From Escherichia coli (GTDB lineage Bacteria; Pseudomonadota; Gammaproteobacteria; Enterobacterales; Enterobacteriaceae), in the NCBI RefSeq assembly GCF_003790525.1, contig NZ_CP033635.1: a DNA stretch of 64,000 nucleotides; one strand, 5' to 3'. The notes beneath the pieces were generated by a model. The model was not told where the DNA came from and did not search any database. It worked only from the letters and a program-made list of their open reading frames with translations. The position numbers and the translations under genes are program-made. Shown here piece after piece: positions 57,259 to 64,000 of the stretch; position 1 is the stretch's first letter, and every line of letters begins with the position of its first letter.

Positions 57259-59063
57259 TGGAAGGTTCCGATTTTTTACTCGCAGGAGTGTTGTTTCTCT
57301 TCGCGGCGGTGGCTGCGGTGCCGCTGGCATCGCGGCTGGGTATTGGCGCTGTGTTGGGATATTTGCTGGCAGGGATTGCAATTGGCCCGTGGGGGCTGGG
57401 TTTTATTAGCGACGTCGATGAGATCCTCCACTTTTCGGAACTCGGCGTGGTGTTCCTGATGTTTATCATCGGCCTGGAGTTGAATCCCTCCAAGCTTTGG
57501 CAATTGCGGCGTTCGATTTTTGGCGTAGGCGCGGCACAGGTGCTGTTAAGCGCGGCGTTGCTGGCGGGATTATTGATGCTGACCCATTTCTCATGGCAGG
57601 CGGCGGTGGTCGGTGGCATTGGCCTTGCGATGTCTTCAACTGCAATGGCGTTGCAATTGATGCGTGATAAAAGGATGAATCGCAGCGAATCCGGCCAGTT
57701 AGGTTTCTCGGTACTGCTGTTTCAGGATCTGGCGGTGATCCCGGCACTGGCGTTAGTGCCGTTGTTGGCGGGTTCGGCAGACGAACATTTCGACTGGATG
57801 AAGATCGGCATGAAGGTGCTGGCGTTTGTCGGCATGCTGATTGGCGGGCGCTATTTACTGCGTCCGGTATTCCGTTTTATTGCAGCTTCTGGTGTGCGGG
57901 AAGTGTTCACCGCCGCGACGCTGCTGCTGGTGTTGGGTTCCGCATTGTTTATGGATGCGCTGGGGTTGTCGATGGCGCTCGGTACGTTTATTGCGGGTGT
58001 GCTACTGGCGGAAAGTGAATATCGCCATGAACTGGAAACGGCTATCGATCCCTTCAAAGGCTTGCTGCTCGGTTTGTTCTTTATCTCTGTCGGCATGTCA
58101 CTCAACCTCGGGGTGCTTTATACCCATCTGTTGTGGGTAGTGATAAGTGTGGTTGTGCTGGTGGCGGTGAAAATTCTCGTGCTGTATCTGCTGGCGCGAT
58201 TGTATGGCGTGCGTAGCTCAGAGCGGATGCAGTTTGCTGGCGTGTTGAGTCAGGGCGGTGAGTTTGCCTTTGTCCTCTTTTCTACCGCTTCTTCACAACG
58301 CTTATTCCAGGGCGACCAGATGGCGCTGTTGCTGGTGACGGTGACGCTTTCCATGATGACCACGCCGCTGCTGATGAAGCTGGTAGATAAATGGCTATCC
58401 CGCCAGTTTAACGGACCGGAAGAAGAAGACGAAAAACCATGGGTCAACGATGATAAACCCCAGGTCATTGTCGTGGGCTTTGGGCGTTTTGGTCAGGTGA
58501 TTGGTCGTTTGCTGATGGCAAATAAAATGCGCATTACTGTACTGGAGCGGGATATCAGTGCCGTTAACCTGATGCGCAAATATGGCTACAAAGTTTATTA
58601 CGGCGACGCCACGCAGGTAGATCTTTTACGTTCTGCGGGTGCAGAGGCCGCTGAGTCTATCGTCATTACCTGTAACGAGCCGGAAGACACCATGAAACTG
58701 GTGGAAATATGCCAGCAGCACTTTCCGCATTTGCATATTCTTGCGCGAGCGCGCGGACGTGTGGAAGCGCATGAGTTATTACAGGCAGGGGTGACGCAGT
58801 TTTCCCGTGAAACATTCTCCAGTGCGTTAGAGCTGGGGCGCAAGACGCTGGTCACGCTTGGCATGCATCCGCATCAGGCACAGCGGGCGCAACTGCATTT
58901 TCGCCGCCTGGATATGCGGATGCTGCGAGAGCTCATCCCAATGCATGCCGATACCGTACAAATTTCTCGCGCCAGGGAAGCCCGACGCGAACTGGAAGAG
59001 ATTTTCCAGCGTGAAATGCAACAAGAACGACGCCAGCTGGACGGCTGGGATGAATTTGAGTAG
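57258..59063 (+). CDS. kefB: Glutathione-regulated potassium-efflux system protein KefB
   Basis: 601 aa; membrane domain plus KTN/RCK domain ([11 protein letters not shown]). Confidence 0.96.
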   Translation: MEGSDFLLAGVLFLFAAVAAVPLASRLGIGAVLGYLLAGIAIGPWGLGFISDVDEILHFSELGVVFLMFIIGLELNPSKLWQLRRSIFGVGAAQVLLSAALLAGLLMLTHFSWQAAVVGGIGLAMSSTAMALQLMRDKRMNRSESGQLGFSVLLFQDLAVIPALALVPLLAGSADEHFDWMKIGMKVLAFVGMLIGGRYLLRPVFRFIAASGVREVFTAATLLLVLGSALFMDALGLSMALGTFIAGVLLAESEYRHELETAIDPFKGLLLGLFFISVGMSLNLGVLYTHLLWVVISVVVLVAVKILVLYLLARLYGVRSSERMQFAGVLSQGGEFAFVLFSTASSQRLFQGDQMALLLVTVTLSMMTTPLLMKLVDKWLSRQFNGPEEEDEKPWVNDDKPQVIVVGFGRFGQVIGRLLMANKMRITVLERDISAVNLMRKYGYKVYYGDATQVDLLRSAGAEAAESIVITCNEPEDTMKLVEICQQHFPHLHILARARGRVEAHELLQAGVTQFSRETFSSALELGRKTLVTLGMHPHQAQRAQLHFRRLDMRMLRELIPMHADTVQISRAREARRELEEIFQREMQQERRQLDGWDEFE

Positions 59064-59072
59064 AGGGTAAAG

Positions 59073-59273
59073 ATGGCAATCCGAAAACGTTTTATTGCGG
59101 GGGCAAAATGCCCGGCCTGTCAGGCGCAGGATTCAATGGCGATGTGGCGCGAAAATAATATTGATATTGTTGAATGTGTTAAGTGCGGACATCAGATGCG
59201 AGAAGCAGACAAAGAAGCCCGCGATCACGTTCGCAAAGATGAGCAAGTGATCGGGATTTTTCATCCGGACTAG
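59073..59273 (+). CDS. yheV: Small zinc-ribbon protein YheV
   Basis: 66 aa; CPAC...CVKCGH cysteine pairs. Confidence 0.85.
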   Translation: MAIRKRFIAGAKCPACQAQDSMAMWRENNIDIVECVKCGHQMREADKEARDHVRKDEQVIGIFHPD

Positions 59274-59367
59274 CGATATGCGCCGAGTTTTTTTAAGCTA
59301 GTGAGTACACGGCTGCAGAATTCCGCTACAATCTGCGCCACTATTCTTCCCATGCTCAGGAGATATC

Positions 59368-59958
59368 ATGAAAGTAGCAAAAGACCTGGTGGTCAGCCTG
59401 GCCTATCAGGTACGTACAGAAGACGGTGTGTTGGTTGATGAGTCTCCGGTGAGTGCGCCGCTGGACTACCTGCATGGTCACGGTTCCCTGATCTCTGGCC
59501 TGGAAACGGCGCTGGAAGGTCACGAAGTTGGCGACAAATTTGATGTCGCTGTTGGCGCGAACGACGCTTACGGTCAGTACGACGAAAACCTGGTGCAACG
59601 CGTTCCTAAAGACGTATTTATGGGCGTTGATGAACTGCAGGTAGGTATGCGTTTCCTGGCTGAAACCGACCAGGGTCCGGTACCGGTTGAAATCACTGCG
59701 GTTGAAGACGATCACGTAGTGGTTGATGGTAACCACATGCTGGCTGGTCAGAACCTGAAATTCAACGTTGAAGTTGTGGCGATTCGCGAAGCGACCGAAG
59801 AAGAACTGGCTCATGGTCACGTTCACGGCGCGCACGATCATCACCACGATCACGACCACGACGGTTGCTGCGGCGGTCATGGCCACGATCACGGTCATGA
59901 ACACGGTGGCGAAGGCTGCTGCGGCGGTAAAGGTAACGGCGGTTGCGGTTGCCACTAA
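59368..59958 (+). CDS. slyD: FKBP-type peptidyl-prolyl isomerase SlyD with His/Cys-rich metal-binding tail
   Basis: 196 aa; C-terminus HGHVHGAHDHHHDHDHDGCCGGHGHDHGHEHGGEGCCGGKGNGGCGCH. Confidence 0.97.
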   Translation: MKVAKDLVVSLAYQVRTEDGVLVDESPVSAPLDYLHGHGSLISGLETALEGHEVGDKFDVAVGANDAYGQYDENLVQRVPKDVFMGVDELQVGMRFLAETDQGPVPVEITAVEDDHVVVDGNHMLAGQNLKFNVEVVAIREATEEELAHGHVHGAHDHHHDHDHDGCCGGHGHDHGHEHGGEGCCGGKGNGGCGCH

Positions 59959-59972
59959 TACCGAAAAAGTGA

Positions 59973-60003
59973 CAAAAAAGCGGGGGAATCCCCGCTTTTT
60001 TTA
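59973..60003. terminator. Bidirectional intrinsic terminator between convergent slyD and slyX (AAAAAAGCGGGGGAATCCCCGCTTTTTTT)
   Basis: GC stem flanked by A-run and T-run. Confidence 0.75.
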
Positions 60004-60007
60004 CGCC

Positions 60008-60226
60008 TCAATAATGTGGCGGTGGCGTTTCTTCAGCCTGCGACGCGATGTTCGACGGCTGGCTGGCTTTTAGCTTCTCGGTCAGCAGACGCAGATGATC
60101 GCGCAGTTTCGCCATCTCCATTTCATGAGCGGTCACCGTGACGTTCAGTTCTTCAATGGTGATTTCCTGAAAAGCCAGTCGGCTCTCCAGCTCTGCCAGG
60201 CGTGCTTCCAATGATAAATCCTGCAT
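60008..60226 (-). CDS. slyX: Protein SlyX
   Basis: 72 aa; translation recognised. Confidence 0.93.
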
Positions 60227-60446
60227 GATTCACCTCTTTTGTCGAATGGTTGCCGCGGATTCTACTTAACTTTGCCGCCCGAGACAGCACTCATTTCGCG
60301 GTCATCGAAACTAATTTAAACAAAAAGAGTCTGAAAATAGATGATAATAGGGCGTGTCTGTATGTAGATTTGTTCGACAACGCTTTATAGTACCCTTCTG
60401 ATAATAGTTAACCCTGGGGTGAGATGCCCCGATCCTGGAGATATGG

Positions 60447-61259
60447 ATGAAATCACTGTTTAAAGTAACGCTGCTGGCGACCACAATGGCCGTTGCCCTG
60501 CATGCACCAATCACTTTTGCTGCTGAAGCTGCAAAACCTGCTACAACTGCTGACAGCAAAGCAGCGTTCAAAAATGACGATCAGAAATCAGCTTATGCAC
60601 TGGGTGCTTCGCTGGGTCGTTACATGGAAAACTCTCTTAAAGAACAAGAAAAACTGGGCATCAAACTGGATAAAGATCAGCTGATCGCTGGTGTTCAGGA
60701 TGCATTTGCTGATAAGAGCAAACTTTCCGACCAAGAGATCGAACAGACTCTGCAAGCATTCGAAGCTCGCGTGAAGTCTTCTGCTCAGGCGAAGATGGAA
60801 AAAGACGCGGCAGATAACGAAGCGAAAGGTAAAGAGTACCGCGAGAAATTTGCCAAAGAGAAAGGTGTGAAAACCTCTTCAACTGGTCTGGTTTATCAGG
60901 TAGTAGAAGCCGGTAAAGGCGAAGCACCGAAAGACAGCGATACTGTTGTCGTGAACTACAAGGGTACGCTGATCGACGGAAAAGAGTTCGACAACTCTTA
61001 CACCCGTGGTGAACCGCTCTCTTTCCGTCTGGACGGTGTTATTCCGGGTTGGACAGAAGGTCTGAAGAACATCAAGAAAGGCGGTAAGATCAAACTGGTT
61101 ATTCCACCAGAACTGGCTTACGGCAAAGCGGGTGTTCCGGGGATCCCACCGAATTCTACCCTGGTGTTTGACGTAGAGCTGCTGGATGTGAAACCAGCGC
61201 CGAAGGCTGATGCAAAGCCGGAAGCTGATGCGAAAGCCGCAGATTCTGCTAAAAAATAA
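60447..61259 (+). CDS. fkpA: Periplasmic FKBP-type peptidyl-prolyl isomerase FkpA
   Basis: 270 aa with signal peptide; translation recognised. Confidence 0.96.
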   Translation: MKSLFKVTLLATTMAVALHAPITFAAEAAKPATTADSKAAFKNDDQKSAYALGASLGRYMENSLKEQEKLGIKLDKDQLIAGVQDAFADKSKLSDQEIEQTLQAFEARVKSSAQAKMEKDAADNEAKGKEYREKFAKEKGVKTSSTGLVYQVVEAGKGEAPKDSDTVVVNYKGTLIDGKEFDNSYTRGEPLSFRLDGVIPGWTEGLKNIKKGGKIKLVIPPELAYGKAGVPGIPPNSTLVFDVELLDVKPAPKADAKPEADAKAADSAKK

Positions 61260-61270
61260 GCATTAAGAAC

Positions 61271-61298
61271 CGCCGCCTGACCAGGCGGCGGTTTTTTT
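61271..61298 (+). terminator. Intrinsic terminator of fkpA (CGCCGCCTG-ACC-AGGCGGCGG-TTTTTTT)
   Basis: 9 bp GC stem plus T7. Confidence 0.8.
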
Positions 61299-61425
61299 AT
61301 TACAGGCCGGATATAATTAGTGCTGGAAAGCGGAACCTCCGCTGTATTAATTTAGTTACCCGCATCATTAATGAGCCTGCCCTGAAAAGTTAACGACAGG
61401 CTCCTGAAAAGGAGTGTTTTTTTTC

Positions 61426-62533
<1,108 letters not shown>

Positions 62534-62534
<1 letters not shown>

Positions 62535-62893
62535 TGAAACGAATTGCGTTTGTTTTTTCTACTGCACCTCATGGTACAGCTGCAGGCCGGGAAGGTTTAG
62601 ATGCTTTACTGGCAACTTCCGCATTAACTGACGATCTGGCTGTCTTCTTTATAGCTGATGGCGTTTTTCAGCTGCTGCCAGGACAAAAGCCCGATGCAGT
62701 GCTGGCGCGTGATTACATTGCCACTTTTAAATTGTTGGGTCTGTACGACATTGAACAGTGCTGGGTTTGTGCGGCTTCACTGCGCGAACGCGGGTTAGAT
62801 CCGCAGACACCCTTTGTTGTCGAAGCCACGCCGCTCGAAGCAGATGCCTTACGCCGCGAACTCGCCAACTACGATGTTATTTTGAGGTTTTGA
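62534..62893 (+). CDS. tusC: Sulfurtransferase complex subunit TusC
   Basis: 119 aa. Confidence 0.94.
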
Positions 62894-62900
62894 GGCGTTT

Positions 62901-63188
62901 ATGCTGCATACATTACATCGTTCACCCTGGCTGACGGATTTTGCTGCGCTGCTGCGTCTGCTCAGTGAAGGCGACGAACTGCTATTATTGCAAGATGGCG
63001 TAACTGCCGGAGTTGACGGTAACTGCTACCTTGAAAGTCTGCGTAATGCCCCCATTAAGGTCTATGCCCTGAACGAAGACCTTATTGCCCGCGGTTTGAC
63101 TGGTCGAATTTCGAACGACATCATTCCCATTGACTATACTGATTTCGTCAGACTTACGGTTAAGCACTCCAGCCAGATGGCCTGGTGA
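62901..63188 (+). CDS. tusB: Sulfurtransferase complex subunit TusB
   Basis: 95 aa. Confidence 0.93.
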   Translation: MLHTLHRSPWLTDFAALLRLLSEGDELLLLQDGVTAGVDGNCYLESLRNAPIKVYALNEDLIARGLTGRISNDIIPIDYTDFVRLTVKHSSQMAW

Positions 63189-63214
63189 TGGCGGGATCGT
63201 TGTATATTTCTTGA

Positions 63215-63688
<474 letters not shown>

Positions 63689-63769
63689 TGGTTCTCCGTT
63701 AAGTAAGGCCAAACGTTTTAACTTAAATGTCAAACTAAACTCGTAGAGTTTTGGACAATCCTGAATTAA

Positions 63770-64000
<231 letters not shown>

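Noticed and set aside
57158-57619. 153 aa minus-strand ORF spanning the kefG/kefB junction
   Set aside because: Antisense to two overlapping, well-supported genes.
59356-59955. 199 aa minus-strand ORF opposite slyD
   Set aside because: Product of the repetitive His/Asp/Gly codons of the SlyD tail; see corresponding finding.
61400-61425. Short hairpin (CTCC/GGAG) plus T8 run immediately upstream of yheO, looked like a terminator or attenuator
   Set aside because: Stem is only 4 bp and the GGAG is better explained as the yheO Shine-Dalgarno; the real fkpA terminator is at 61271..61298.

Overview
This 64 kb window is Escherichia coli chromosome, collinear in reverse orientation with the K-12 region feoAB, tex, greB, ompR-envZ, pck, yhgE, hslOR, igaA, mrcA, hofMNOPQ, aroKB-damX-dam-rpe-gph-trpS, yhfZ-php-yhfS, cysG-nirCDB, tsgA, ppiA, fic, pabA, argD, crp, prkB, yheSTU, kefGB, slyD, fkpA, tusBCD, rpsLG. 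I recognise 66 protein-coding genes by reading the ORF-track translations and checking start and stop codons in the sequence; several ORF-track N-termini are trimmed to internal starts. I found no rRNA, tRNA, CRISPR array, IS element, integrase or prophage gene. Two departures from K-12 gene order (K-12 order is from memory, not an alignment): (1) a two-gene HigB/HigA-type toxin-antitoxin cassette (7906..8578, minus strand) sits between the convergent 3' ends of envZ and pck, and is the best candidate for an accessory system here; (2) the frlABCDR fructoselysine operon is absent between yhfS and yhfL. Other points worth a second look are the uncharacterised yhfZ-to-yhfS cluster, a non-canonical Fic active-site motif, and a direct repeat in the igaA/nudE intergenic region. 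Regulatory calls (terminators, FNR/NarL sites at nirB, CRP, ArgR and Fur-like sites, REP elements) are made by eye from sequence and consensus recall.
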